Shown here: piece after piece, positions 51,055-60,356 of the stretch
Numbering within the stretch: position 1 is the first letter of the stretch
Layout: each line of letters begins with the position of its first letter
Source of the DNA: Thermoproteus sp.
GTDB lineage: Archaea; Thermoproteota; Thermoprotei; Thermoproteales; Thermoproteaceae
Direction of reading: 5' to 3'
Assembly: GCA_049976425.1 (NCBI GenBank)
Contig: JBMFIG010000006.1
Coordinates: 1 to 64,000 of the forward strand
Length of the DNA stretch: 64,000 nt
The notes under the pieces: generated by a model
What the model was told of the DNA's origin: nothing
Databases searched by the model: none
What the model saw: the letters and a program-made list of their open reading frames with translations, nothing else
Program-made: the position numbers and the translations under genes

Positions 51055-51798
51055 ATGAACCAAGTAGCGTTAAGGATCGCCATAACTCTAGGAACTATCT
51101 TTGGATATGCCGCAGTGCTGGCCGTGTTGGGGATGAGCTATCTATGGCTCGTCGGCCTTCTATACGTGGCGTCGATCTTTGTAATAACTGCGGTGATGGG
51201 GATTAGGGCTTACCGCAGAGGCTCGCAACAAGCGAGGGAGGTCGTTAAGGGGAAGCTGTTGTTCGATATAGGGGAGAAAGACGTAAATAAGGCTCTTGAA
51301 AAAGACAAAGAATTACCTAATGAGATGAAGAAATTAAATAGAATGTTTATGATATATTTTATATCTTTTCCTATAATATTAGCCGGCATTTGGATATTCC
51401 CCGCACTGCAGTCGGCCGTAGTGCCTGCGGTGAGCGAGAGGCTACAGCCAAGCCTGGGCCAGTTCCTGGCGAACTACCTAGGCTATGTGGCGCTCTTCGC
51501 CGCGTTTACGGCGATATTCTCGCCGCTCTATTACTTCACGTTTCGGCCAGTTCAGTTCCCGATAATAGCTACGGACGTCAAGGTATACGACACCGGAATA
51601 GTGATAAATAAAAACACCGGCCTCAAGGCCCCTATACCGATACAGGAATATAAATATAATCCGGAAAGAAAATTTATAGAATTAAGAATTGGAAATCAGA
51701 TATATAGAATATATTATAAAGATATAGATAAAGTTCACGAGGTCGTTTCGAAGATGGTGGTGATACAAGAAAGAAGCGGAAAACCCTCGTCGAGTTGA
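51055..51798 (+). CDS. DUF2208-like membrane protein
   Basis: 4 TM segments, L..DKEL..E, KVYDTGIV, ERKFIEL. Confidence 0.7.
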   Translation: MNQVALRIAITLGTIFGYAAVLAVLGMSYLWLVGLLYVASIFVITAVMGIRAYRRGSQQAREVVKGKLLFDIGEKDVNKALEKDKELPNEMKKLNRMFMIYFISFPIILAGIWIFPALQSAVVPAVSERLQPSLGQFLANYLGYVALFAAFTAIFSPLYYFTFRPVQFPIIATDVKVYDTGIVINKNTGLKAPIPIQEYKYNPERKFIELRIGNQIYRIYYKDIDKVHEVVSKMVVIQERSGKPSSS

Positions 51799-51805
51799 AA
51801 GGCTT

Positions 51806-52135
51806 TTAAAACAGCGCGGCGAGAGATCCGGCGATCTCCTCCTCGCTCGGCCCCTTCTTCTCCTCTTCCTCCTTCTTCTCCTCCTTGGCTTGTTGCGCAG
51901 CTCCTCCTGCCTGCTGTCCAGCGGCCGGAGCCGCGACGGGCGCCGCCGCTACGGGGGCGAACGCGGCGGACTTTATCGCCTCGTCTATGTTTACCTCTTT
52001 TAAGGCGGCCACCAAGGTCTTGACCCTAACCTCGTCGGGCTGGAGCCCGGCGGCCTGGAGGACTTTCGATAGGTTGTCCTCGTTTATCTCCTGCTTCGCG
52101 TAGTGCAGTAACAAAGCCGCATAGACGTATTCCAT
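51806..52135 (-). CDS. rpl12: ribosomal stalk protein P1/L12
   Basis: [11 protein letters not shown], Ala-rich hinge, acidic tail, LAALF. Confidence 0.97.
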   Translation of the reverse strand: MEYVYAALLLHYAKQEINEDNLSKVLQAAGLQPDEVRVKTLVAALKEVNIDEAIKSAAFAPVAAAPVAAPAAGQQAGGAAQQAKEEKKEEEEKKGPSEEEIAGSLAALF

Positions 52136-52252
52136 GGCTCATCGCGATCTAGTCCGTTTAAAAACATTTTGGATTCGGCGAGGTGGCGGCCTCGGCGCAT
52201 CGCCCTCCCCAGCGGCGCTATAACAATTAAAAACCCGTGATAACACGGCGTC

Positions 52253-52462
52253 ATGCCTAAGGAGGTATTCTTGGTGGAGGTATGGCGGAAATATGCCGAG
52301 GGGGCGCAAGAAATCAGAGTAAAACGCTTCCCAGAGGAGGGCGTGGTTAAGCTGAAGGCGCGGCTATCTGGCTATCTCTACACGATAAAGTTGCCTGTTG
52401 AGAAGGCCGACGCCATATTGGGGGAGTTGAAGGAGAAAGGCAAGAAAATCGTCGAATATTAG
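52253..52462 (+). CDS. rpl38e: ribosomal protein eL38
   Basis: MPKE, RVKR, VKLKAR..YLYT. Confidence 0.8.
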   Translation: MPKEVFLVEVWRKYAEGAQEIRVKRFPEEGVVKLKARLSGYLYTIKLPVEKADAILGELKEKGKKIVEY

Positions 52463-52496
52463 GCAAAAGTTTTTAAGTAGCAGAAGAGTATCTCAA

Positions 52497-52564
52497 CGCC
52501 ACACAGACTGCCCCGATAGGGGCCGGGATGAGAGTGGTGGGTTACCCCGGCCGCATTTTATTTT
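52497..52564 (+). ncRNA. structured small RNA or leader candidate
   Basis: AAAAGTTTTTAAG promoter at 52465..52477; stems CGCCAC/GTGGTG, GCCCC-GATA-GGGGC, GGCCGGG/CCCGGCC; ends in TTTTATTTT. Confidence 0.55.
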
Positions 52565-52601
52565 GACTACTACAAATAATGAGGCCATCCGAGTAATTTT
52601 C

Positions 52602-53135
52602 GTGTCGCTCGTCAAGCCTTGCCTATTGCTGTTCGCCTGTCCAGGCGACGGCGGAGACACGGTGGCCCTATATAGGGGGAGGGCCGAGAGGGCGAGCAAG
52701 GACTCGCCTATCGTGAAGTTCTACGGGGCGCTGGACGCCGCAATCGCCTACGCCTTCAAGGCGGCCAACAACCTCCCGAGGCCCCAGTCCCGCGCCATGA
52801 GGCTCGCCGGCTTCTCGTTGATGGAGCTCGGCTTCTATCTGGCGACGGGCAGAGCGGCGCATCTGGACAACGCCTTGGAGCTCTACAGAAGGGCCCTCAA
52901 GATCGCGTACGCCATATCGCCGGGCCCGCCCAAGAGCTGGATCGCCTGCGCGTCGCCCGAATGCTCTGCGGTCGACGAGGCCAGGGTCTGGATAAGGTGG
53001 GCCGAGCGCCGCGCCGTCTCGCTAGGGGACGCCGAGGCCGCCAAGCTCTTGAACCACCTCTCGAACCTCGCCTTCGAGATCATGCTGACGTTGCCGCACA
53101 TAGAATATAAATCGCGGCCGTTAAGGAGCTGGTGA
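52602..53135 (+). CDS. second divergent PduO-like protein
   Basis: CPGDGGDT, ASKDSPIVKFYGALD, RVWIRWAERR, LNHLSN; start GTG 52602. Confidence 0.68.
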   Translation: MSLVKPCLLLFACPGDGGDTVALYRGRAERASKDSPIVKFYGALDAAIAYAFKAANNLPRPQSRAMRLAGFSLMELGFYLATGRAAHLDNALELYRRALKIAYAISPGPPKSWIACASPECSAVDEARVWIRWAERRAVSLGDAEAAKLLNHLSNLAFEIMLTLPHIEYKSRPLRSW

Positions 53136-53181
53136 TGACTCCGCTGAGCGGCGACGATGATCGGTCTTTAGCCGTCTGAAC
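53130..53181 (+). ncRNA. box C/D sRNA candidate
   Basis: GTGATGA (53132..53138) CTCCGCTGAGCG GCGA CGATGA TCGGTCTTTAGCCGT CTGA (53176..53179); AATATAAA about 25 nt upstream. Confidence 0.82.
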
Positions 53182-53989
53182 ACCTTCTCAGTAGCTCGAC
53201 CCTCTGGACGCCTCCCTCGGAGACGAGCCTCAGGTAGCCGTACCTAGAGAGCTTATGTAGGTGTTTGTGTAACGTCGATGCCGGCAGTCCCAGCCGGCGC
53301 GCTAGCTCGGCCCGCGGCATACGTCCGCCCTCCTCCTCGAGGGTTCTCAGGATCAGCTTGTCGGTGTCGCCTAAATCGCTGCATCTATCGATACGTCTTC
53401 TGGCGATTAAGACTATCGACGTCGCTATAGCTACAGCCGCTACAACGAGCGCGATGGTGGTTATGGGGAGTCCGCCGGAGGGGCTCGAAACAGCGATCGG
53501 GATGCTTGTACTAGTCGACGTGGAGCTCCCTGTCCTGGCCGTCGCGGTGGTCGAAGTAGTCGATATGGCCGTTTTGTTAATGCTTGAGATAACGATCTTG
53601 GCTGGATAAAACACAATAGATATATTGCTCGCTTTAATAGAAATATATAATCCAGTTGTATTTATAGATATCAATGTATAGTTGCTCGGGCTTAGCTCGG
53701 CGATTACCCCTGGCGGTATGGCTATCACGGCCCCGTCGGGCGCGTTGATAGACACCGAATATATCCCCGATTTGTTGAGAAACTGCGGCACGTACTCGAC
53801 GTAGGCGGGCTCGCCGTCTTGTAGCACGTAGAGCCTATCTTGGAGAACCCAACAAGGTATCGGCGTGTTGTTGAGCCAAAAGGCGGCGACGGCGGAGGCT
53901 GGTCGCGCCGGTAGCGATATATTTGAGAGGGAGGCGGCTCCCAGGAATATCACTAATAGAGGCGGCAACGTTAAGTTGAGCACTATCAC
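53168..53989 (-). CDS. membrane-anchored protein: extracellular domain, S/T linker, TM, cytoplasmic wHTH
   Basis: Signal-like N-terminus with multiple NxS/T sites; TM helix; RAELARRLGLPASTLHKHLHKL. Confidence 0.8.
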   Translation of the reverse strand: MIVLNLTLPPLLVIFLGAASLSNISLPARPASAVAAFWLNNTPIPCWVLQDRLYVLQDGEPAYVEYVPQFLNKSGIYSVSINAPDGAVIAIPPGVIAELSPSNYTLISINTTGLYISIKASNISIVFYPAKIVISSINKTAISTTSTTATARTGSSTSTSTSIPIAVSSPSGGLPITTIALVVAAVAIATSIVLIARRRIDRCSDLGDTDKLILRTLEEEGGRMPRAELARRLGLPASTLHKHLHKLSRYGYLRLVSEGGVQRVELLRRCSDG

Positions 53990-54007
53990 AGCCGCATAGA
54001 GGAGGCG

Positions 54008-54691
54008 TTATAAATCTCTCGCCATTTCCCTCACCGCATCTAGGGCCTCTGCGAGGTTTGCGGCCGCTCTGTCCGGCCTAACGTAAGATAAGTCGACGCC
54101 GAGCAGCTCGCCGTATTTGAGAACGGCCTTATCCCAATCGCCGACGAAGATCGTCTTTAGGCCGAACTTCTTGGGGAAATGTACGTCGAATACGGGGTTG
54201 TCGCCTATCATTAGAGACGCCCCGTCGAAGTACTCCTTGCAGTTCTTCACGCAACCGTAGTCGTCTGAGGTCCTCAGACCGACAATATACCTAGAGAAGC
54301 CGAGCGCCTCGACCACGATGGATTGGTACCTACGGAGCCCGTTTGTGGCTATAGCGACCTTTAGACCGAGGTCGTTGATTCCCCTTAACAACTCATAGGC
54401 TCCGTCGATGACGGGGAAGCCCGACACGTATTTGGCAAGCACGTCCTCGATCTTGGGCACCTCGTACACGCCAAAGCTGGAGGCCACGGACTCTATCAGA
54501 TACTGCCAGTCGAAGGCCTTGAAGCTGAGCCGCCTCATCAACTGGTAGTGGAGAGCCTTCACCATGCTCCAGAACTCGCCGGGCTGTATGCCGATCCTGC
54601 CGGCCACCGTTGCGGATATTTCGTAGAATACGGGATCCCAAGCCTCGAGCGGTATCAGTGTGCCGTCCAGATCGACTAGGACCAAACCCAT
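54008..54691 (-). CDS. HAD-family hydrolase
   Basis: DLDGTL, ATNG, K, IGDNPVFD. Confidence 0.9.
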   Translation of the reverse strand: MGLVLVDLDGTLIPLEAWDPVFYEISATVAGRIGIQPGEFWSMVKALHYQLMRRLSFKAFDWQYLIESVASSFGVYEVPKIEDVLAKYVSGFPVIDGAYELLRGINDLGLKVAIATNGLRRYQSIVVEALGFSRYIVGLRTSDDYGCVKNCKEYFDGASLMIGDNPVFDVHFPKKFGLKTIFVGDWDKAVLKYGELLGVDLSYVRPDRAAANLAEALDAVREMARDL

Positions 54692-54707
54692 GGGGCGATC
54701 TTTCCAT

Positions 54708-55541
54708 CTAAAATATTGCGATAAGCACGCCTTGCGCTAGAAGAGCCACCAGCGTGATGCCGAACGCCGCAAGCGACCCTCTGCGAAACAACTGCCACCT
54801 GCCGCGTATACATAGGATCGAGAGGACGATGAGAGCCGCCGTAGTGGACGCCACCCCAGCTAGCAGTACGTACATGCCGCTTGCTGTCAGCGCATAGGCT
54901 AGATAGATCCCGACGGCGGACGACGCGAGCGCAAAATAGGCGCCTAGATCGGCGGCGCGTCTAGGCCCCAGAACCGTTGCGGCGGTCCTCACCCCAGCCG
55001 CCAGATCGCCCGGATAGTCTATGGCCGTCTTGACGAGCTCTCTGCCGAAATTTGCGAGCAACGACGCGGCGAAGAGGAGCAATAGGTATATGTCTACGGC
55101 GCCTGCAGCCGCCATGCCGTAGGGGTAGACCATAGAGGTCAGGAAGGCGACTATGAAATTGCCGGCGAAAGGCACGCGTTTGCCCCTCTCGTTGTAGAAG
55201 GCGCCGAGCGCGGCGGCCACTAGATATATGGTCAAGGCTTGCCAAGTCAAGAAGGACGCCAGGATCAGGCCGAGGAGATAGGACGCGACGGCCACGGCCT
55301 TGGCCGCCCTAACGCTCACGGCGCCTGTGACCAGCGGCGCGTCAGGCCTGTTTACTCTGTCCTCCTGCAGGTTGGCGAGATCGTTGTGCGCGAACATGCC
55401 TGCCTCGGCCAGAAACGCGCTGGCGCCTATCAGCGCAGACTCAAGGGGGGCTCTGCCGCCCGCGATGATATACGATGCGACGCTCGATATAGCCGTCAAG
55501 ACGCCGTGCTCCCCTCTGATGAGCCGCCAGTACTGGCGCAC
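54708..55541 (-). CDS. UbiA prenyltransferase, probable DGGGP synthase
   Basis: ND....EDRVNRP..PL..G, RELVK..DYPGD. Confidence 0.85.
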   Translation of the reverse strand: MRQYWRLIRGEHGVLTAISSVASYIIAGGRAPLESALIGASAFLAEAGMFAHNDLANLQEDRVNRPDAPLVTGAVSVRAAKAVAVASYLLGLILASFLTWQALTIYLVAAALGAFYNERGKRVPFAGNFIVAFLTSMVYPYGMAAAGAVDIYLLLLFAASLLANFGRELVKTAIDYPGDLAAGVRTAATVLGPRRAADLGAYFALASSAVGIYLAYALTASGMYVLLAGVASTTAALIVLSILCIRGRWQLFRRGSLAAFGITLVALLAQGVLIAIF

Positions 55542-55608
55542 GCCGTCCCTGGCGCTAAGACTTATAAATAATCCTATATCCGCCCCCGTGGCGAGGCTTC
55601 ACTACAGC

Positions 55609-56139
55609 ATGTCGGCCGAGGACGTGATAAGGCTAGTCTTCGAGAGATACGGGGTCAAGGTGACCGAGGACCAGATAGTTAGGGCTTACGGCAACGAGTT
55701 CAGGATGTCGTGGAAGAAATCGGTCGAGGTGGGGCGTTTCATAAAGTACATGACGTTGAAACAGGCGAGGCAGTGGCTGGAGGACACCGCGAATCTGAGA
55801 AGGCCTATACCTATCAGGAGGTTCACCAAGAAGCAGGCGCATCACGCAACGCCGTGGGGCAACTGGCCTGTGGCCAAATGGCCTGTGAAGGTGGCCAAGA
55901 ACTATCTGCGGGTGTTGGAGAATCTTGAGAACAACGCCAGGTTCAAGGGTCTCGACGTCGAGAGAGTTGTGATAGTGCACGTGGCGTCACATAAAGGCAT
56001 AACTATCAGGAACTACATGCCGAGGGCTTTCGGCAGATCCACGCCGTGGAACGAGCAGACGGTGAACATAGAAATCATCGGCGTCGAGCTTCCTCAAGGC
56101 ATCGTGCCCAAGAGGCTCAAGCTCAAGGTGTTCAAGTAG
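55609..56139 (+). CDS. rpl22: 50S ribosomal protein uL22
   Basis: [30 protein letters not shown]. Confidence 0.95.
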   Translation: MSAEDVIRLVFERYGVKVTEDQIVRAYGNEFRMSWKKSVEVGRFIKYMTLKQARQWLEDTANLRRPIPIRRFTKKQAHHATPWGNWPVAKWPVKVAKNYLRVLENLENNARFKGLDVERVVIVHVASHKGITIRNYMPRAFGRSTPWNEQTVNIEIIGVELPQGIVPKRLKLKVFK

Positions 56140-56186
56140 CCGTCGTCGATATAAAAGTTATATATCATATAGTCCTCCGGGAAGCC

Positions 56187-56633
56187 ATGCATATAGAGAT
56201 AAGGGACCCGTCCCTCGTCGAGCGGCTCCGCAGACTCCTCCCGAGGCCCGACGCGCCTTACGACGACGCCATCAGACTCTTGCTGGAGCAGCCCTGCAAG
56301 ATAAGGCTGATCGACGTGGCCAGGGAGGCCCTCAACGAGTTCCTAAACGATAAACGGCTGTACGACCTCTTCAAGAAGGCCGTGAGGGAATCGCTTGCCG
56401 AGCAGTTGCCCGAGCTCCTACAAGAGCTGAAGCCCGAGCTCATGGCGGAGGGATATGAAGGGGGCTGGGAGGCTGTGATAAACCAAGCCCTCAAGAGGCC
56501 GGACAAATGCCTCACCTTTTCTGAGGTGAGGAAGTACTACGGCAAGAACCTAAACAGCGTTATGTTGAGGCGGAAGGGTTTTGTCCAGAAGGAGCGGGGT
56601 ATCTGGTGTTATCAAGGCGAGGCGCGTTCCTAG
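56187..56633 (+). CDS. hypothetical protein, RHH-like N-terminus
   Basis: HIEI..LVERL..YDDAIRLLL. Confidence 0.6.
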   Translation: MHIEIRDPSLVERLRRLLPRPDAPYDDAIRLLLEQPCKIRLIDVAREALNEFLNDKRLYDLFKKAVRESLAEQLPELLQELKPELMAEGYEGGWEAVINQALKRPDKCLTFSEVRKYYGKNLNSVMLRRKGFVQKERGIWCYQGEARS

Positions 56634-57586
56634 TCGCTCATGGACTCAATCCTTTTAGCCATGGCTCTGCCTCCAAGCAGATCCCTCACGCTGAAGAGCA
56701 TGGCGTAGCCGTCCGCGAAACGGCCCGCAACCCTTTCCATTATGGTCTTCCGGGCGCGTGCGTGTACCATGAAGTAGCAGGGATACTCCCACTTGCCGGG
56801 CACGGTGTTCCTCAACACCACGTGGGTCGACTCGCTCAGCCGGGCCGCCTCCTCGCAGTCGGGCCTCCTGAGGACGACCATGGCGTTCTCCTTGAACCCC
56901 AACGCCTCGCCGTCGAGCGAGGCGTGGAAATCCCTCAGAACGCCCATGTCTATGAGACTCCTCAATACGTCCAGCGCCTCGCCTACGCTTTTGCCTAGGA
57001 TCTTCGCCGCCTCGCGAAACGGCTCGGCCACCAGAGGTATGGATCTCACCTTGGAGTAGAACTCCTTAGGTATGCCGAGGTTTTCTATGGACGGGGGGTT
57101 CTCGGGCAGTATCCCGGATTTAGATCTGGAGATGCCCTCGTGGAGATCGAAGCGCACGTCGAGCTTATAGGTCCTGAGCGAGTAGAGTATCACGTAGTCG
57201 ACGCCCCACCGCTCGGCTAGAGATCTGACCTTCTCCTCCAGCTCGTCCGCGGTCTTCGCCTTAGTGACGAACCAGACGTTGTAGGGCCTATAGTCCCTCA
57301 GATAGTTGTGGGTCACCATAGGGTCTCTATTTATGTCTGCCGCGACGGCGTCTACCATATCCTCGGGGACCGAGAAGCCCACCAGCGCTGCCTCGAGGCC
57401 CCTCGCTCTGTAGTTCATGACAGAGCCTATCCTCCTAAGCACGCCGACCTCGGCCAGCCTCCTCAGCCTGTCTATGACCTCGTCCTCGCTCAGCCCAAGC
57501 GCCCTGCCCATCTCCTGGAAAGGCCTATCCACCAGCGGGAACTCGTACTGGGCCATCATCAAGAGCTCGACGTCCTTGCTGTCCAT
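56630..57586 (-). CDS. ahbAB: fused siroheme decarboxylase AhbA-AhbB (NirDL-like)
   Basis: Q..FPLVDRPF, VTHNYLR, YNVWF; second repeat PLVAEPF, THVVLR, YFMVH. Confidence 0.85.
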   Translation of the reverse strand: MDSKDVELLMMAQYEFPLVDRPFQEMGRALGLSEDEVIDRLRRLAEVGVLRRIGSVMNYRARGLEAALVGFSVPEDMVDAVAADINRDPMVTHNYLRDYRPYNVWFVTKAKTADELEEKVRSLAERWGVDYVILYSLRTYKLDVRFDLHEGISRSKSGILPENPPSIENLGIPKEFYSKVRSIPLVAEPFREAAKILGKSVGEALDVLRSLIDMGVLRDFHASLDGEALGFKENAMVVLRRPDCEEAARLSESTHVVLRNTVPGKWEYPCYFMVHARARKTIMERVAGRFADGYAMLFSVRDLLGGRAMAKRIESMSD

Positions 57587-57632
57587 GGAATCTCGTTTTC
57601 CATATAATTAATATAGGGACCGTGTTTATGGA

Positions 57633-58574
57633 GTGAAGGCCCCAATATTGAGGAAAGAGAGGAGGGACGCGGTCGCCGAGCTGAGGGCCGAGCTGAAGAG
57701 GCCCGGGATAGTAATAGTGCCCGGCGTCTACGACGTGATAACGGCGTTGCTCGTCCAGTCGATGGGCTTCAAGGCAGGCTACGTCTCGGGCGCCGCCGTC
57801 ACGGCGTCTCTGGGGCTCCCCGATCTAGGCCTCATAACTCTCGACGAGATGGCGCGCGTGGTTAGGTATATAGCGTCCTCGGTCGATATACCTCTCATAG
57901 TCGATATCGATACTGGATACGGCGAGGCCCTAAACGTGGTTAGGGCCGTGGTGGAGTTCGAGAGGGCTGGCGCGGCTGGCGTCCAGATAGAGGACCAGGT
58001 ATTGCCCAAGAAATGCGGACATCTATCCGGCAAACAAGTCGTGCCTGCCGACGAGATGGCGAAGAAGATAAAGGCCGCCGTGGAGGCTCGGCGCAACCCC
58101 GACTTCGTGATCGTGGCGAGGACAGACGCTCGGGGGGTCACTGGCTTCGACGACGCCGTGGAGAGGGCGAAGCTGTATCTGGAGGTCGGCGCCGACGTGA
58201 TATTCCCCGAGGCCTTGGAGAGCGAACAGGAATTCGCCGAGTTCGCGAGGAGGGTTAAGGCCCCGTTGCTGGCTAACATGACTGAGTTCGGCAAATCGCC
58301 GTTGATACCTGCCAAGAGGCTAGAGGAATACGGCTACAAATTCGTAATATTCCCCGTGACTCTGCTCAGGGTGGCGCTGGGCGCCATGAGGGAGGCGTTA
58401 AGGACCATAGCCGATCTGGGCACCCAAGAGCCCCTAGTGCCGAGGATGTTGACCCGCAAAGAGCTATACGAGCTCATAGGCTATTACGACTACGAGGATT
58501 TCGACAAGAAGATAGCCGAGGAGGTGGACAGAAAGCTAGCTGTTAAATTGAGGCCCGATAAGGTCCATGGATAG
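57633..58574 (+). CDS. prpB: 2-methylisocitrate lyase
   Basis: DIDTGYG, IEDQVLPKKCGH, ARTDA, LANMTEFGK. Confidence 0.93.
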   Translation: MKAPILRKERRDAVAELRAELKRPGIVIVPGVYDVITALLVQSMGFKAGYVSGAAVTASLGLPDLGLITLDEMARVVRYIASSVDIPLIVDIDTGYGEALNVVRAVVEFERAGAAGVQIEDQVLPKKCGHLSGKQVVPADEMAKKIKAAVEARRNPDFVIVARTDARGVTGFDDAVERAKLYLEVGADVIFPEALESEQEFAEFARRVKAPLLANMTEFGKSPLIPAKRLEEYGYKFVIFPVTLLRVALGAMREALRTIADLGTQEPLVPRMLTRKELYELIGYYDYEDFDKKIAEEVDRKLAVKLRPDKVHG

Positions 58575-59928
58575 GATAACCAAGGCGCTGGCCCAGTACG
58601 CCGAGTCTATAAACTACGACAAGATACCCAGCGACGTAGTCCACGAGGTCAAGAGAAGGATACTGGACTCACTCGCCGTGGCCTTCGCGGCGTACAACGC
58701 CGAACCGGTCGCCCTGGCGCGTAGGGCTCTCTCCAAGGGCCAGTCCCAGTGGGGCGCCAGGATTCTGGGCACGAGATATAGGGTCGTCCCCGACTGGGCG
58801 GCCTTCGTCGACGGGGTGATGATAAGGTACCACGACTTCAACGACACCTACTTGTCGAAGGAGCCTCTCCATCCCAGCGACATGATAGCGGCCGCGTTCT
58901 CGCTCGGCGATATGTTGGGCTCCGGCGGTAAGGCCGTCATCACGTCGATAGCGGTGGGCTACGAGGCCGCAGTATCCCTATGCGACGCGGCCAGCCTCAG
59001 GAAACGCGGCTGGGATCACGTGAACTATCTCGGCGTCGGTAGCACGCTCGTCGCCGCAAAATTGCTGGGCCTAGACGCCGAGAAGACCCAGCACGCGCTC
59101 GCCATATACGCGGTCCCGCACGCCGCCATGCGGCAGACCCGCGCAGGCGAGTTGAGCATGTGGAAGGGCGCGGCGGCCGCGAACGCGACGAGAAACGCCG
59201 TGTTTGCAGCCCTGCTAGCGGCCGAGGGGTTCACAGGCCCCTTCAAGCCGTTCGAGGGCGAGATGGGGTTCATAAGGCAGTTGCTCTCGGGGGAATTCGA
59301 CTACGGCCCTCTGGCGGAGATAGAGAGGCTGGTGCCGCCTCATAGGATCCTGGATACCTACATAAAGCCGTACCCCGTCGAGTACCACGCCCAGACCGCG
59401 GTCGAGGCGGCCTTGAAGCTGAGAGAAAGGGTCAGACCAGAGGAGATAGAGAAGGTCGTGGTGGAGACGTTCCAAGCAGCCTACGACATAATAGGGCCTA
59501 AGGATCCCGAGAAGTGGGATCCGCACACCAAAGAGACCGCGGATCACTCGATCATGTGGATAACGGCCGCCGCGTTGCTCTACGGCCCCATCACTGTAGA
59601 CAGCTACGAGAACATCAGAGACCCGCAGATCCTCTCTCTCATGAAGAGGATGGAGGTGAAGGTGGATCCCGAGTTGGACAAGATGTACCCCAAGGCCCAT
59701 CCCAACAGAATAACGGTGATCACGAAAGGCGGGGCTAAATACACCGAACAGGTAGACTACGCCAAGGGACATCCCAAGAACCCCTTGAGCGATAGGGAGC
59801 TCGAGGAGAAGTTCTACGCAAACACCAGACGGATCCTGCCGAGCGGTATACAGAGAGAGATCGTTGGGTTTGTGTGGCATCTTGAGGACAAGAACATGGC
59901 CGAGCTCCACGACTTGCTTGCCCAATAG
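58567..59928 (+). CDS. prpD: 2-methylcitrate dehydratase (MmgE/PrpD)
   Basis: RYHDFNDT, HPSD, GWDH, LSMWKG, ETADHS, KGHPKNP. Confidence 0.92.
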   Translation: MDRITKALAQYAESINYDKIPSDVVHEVKRRILDSLAVAFAAYNAEPVALARRALSKGQSQWGARILGTRYRVVPDWAAFVDGVMIRYHDFNDTYLSKEPLHPSDMIAAAFSLGDMLGSGGKAVITSIAVGYEAAVSLCDAASLRKRGWDHVNYLGVGSTLVAAKLLGLDAEKTQHALAIYAVPHAAMRQTRAGELSMWKGAAAANATRNAVFAALLAAEGFTGPFKPFEGEMGFIRQLLSGEFDYGPLAEIERLVPPHRILDTYIKPYPVEYHAQTAVEAALKLRERVRPEEIEKVVVETFQAAYDIIGPKDPEKWDPHTKETADHSIMWITAAALLYGPITVDSYENIRDPQILSLMKRMEVKVDPELDKMYPKAHPNRITVITKGGAKYTEQVDYAKGHPKNPLSDRELEEKFYANTRRILPSGIQREIVGFVWHLEDKNMAELHDLLAQ

Positions 59929-60356
59929 ACGACTTCGACGATGTAGCGATCAGCAACTTGCTTGGCGGTTTTGTCGCGATACGGCTTTTAGAGGGGCAAT
60001 ACTGGTTGATCTTCCGCCGTCTTTATTTTATCTAATTGGGCAGGGCTTTTGGCTGTAGGCGAATAGCGACCCCATGCCCCCTTGGTACAGGTCCTAGCGA
60101 ATCGTGAGTGGGCGTGTTAGCATGTCTAACTCTTGGCCTAGGCTCCGTTTGTGTGGTAATTAGCCTATTTGGCTAGAAGCTTTATATATCCAATTAGTAC
60201 GATTCGATAAATATGAAGATTTTCCTGCTATTTTATAGATAAATGCATTTTAATAATGCAAGATATATGTGTCTAACTCCTCATTTCAGCTTGTCGTTTA
60301 ACTTCAAACACACTAGACGAAAAGTAAGAATTTAAAAGGGCGAAGCAGTTTCCATC

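Noticed and set aside
51840-51960. Low-complexity repeats
   Set aside because: Normal Ala-rich hinge and acidic tail of ribosomal P1/L12.
52521-52570. HDV-like or hammerhead ribozyme
   Set aside because: A P1-like stem is present, but there are no P1.1, P4, J4/2 or CUGANGA/GAAA cores.
55300-55608. N-terminal extension of uL22
   Set aside because: Antisense to the UbiA gene; TATA at about 55562 and homology favour a later start.
59215-59925. Long antisense ORFs (also 47491..48189, 63133..63858 and others)
   Set aside because: Expected shadows of GC3-rich genes; no recognisable motifs.
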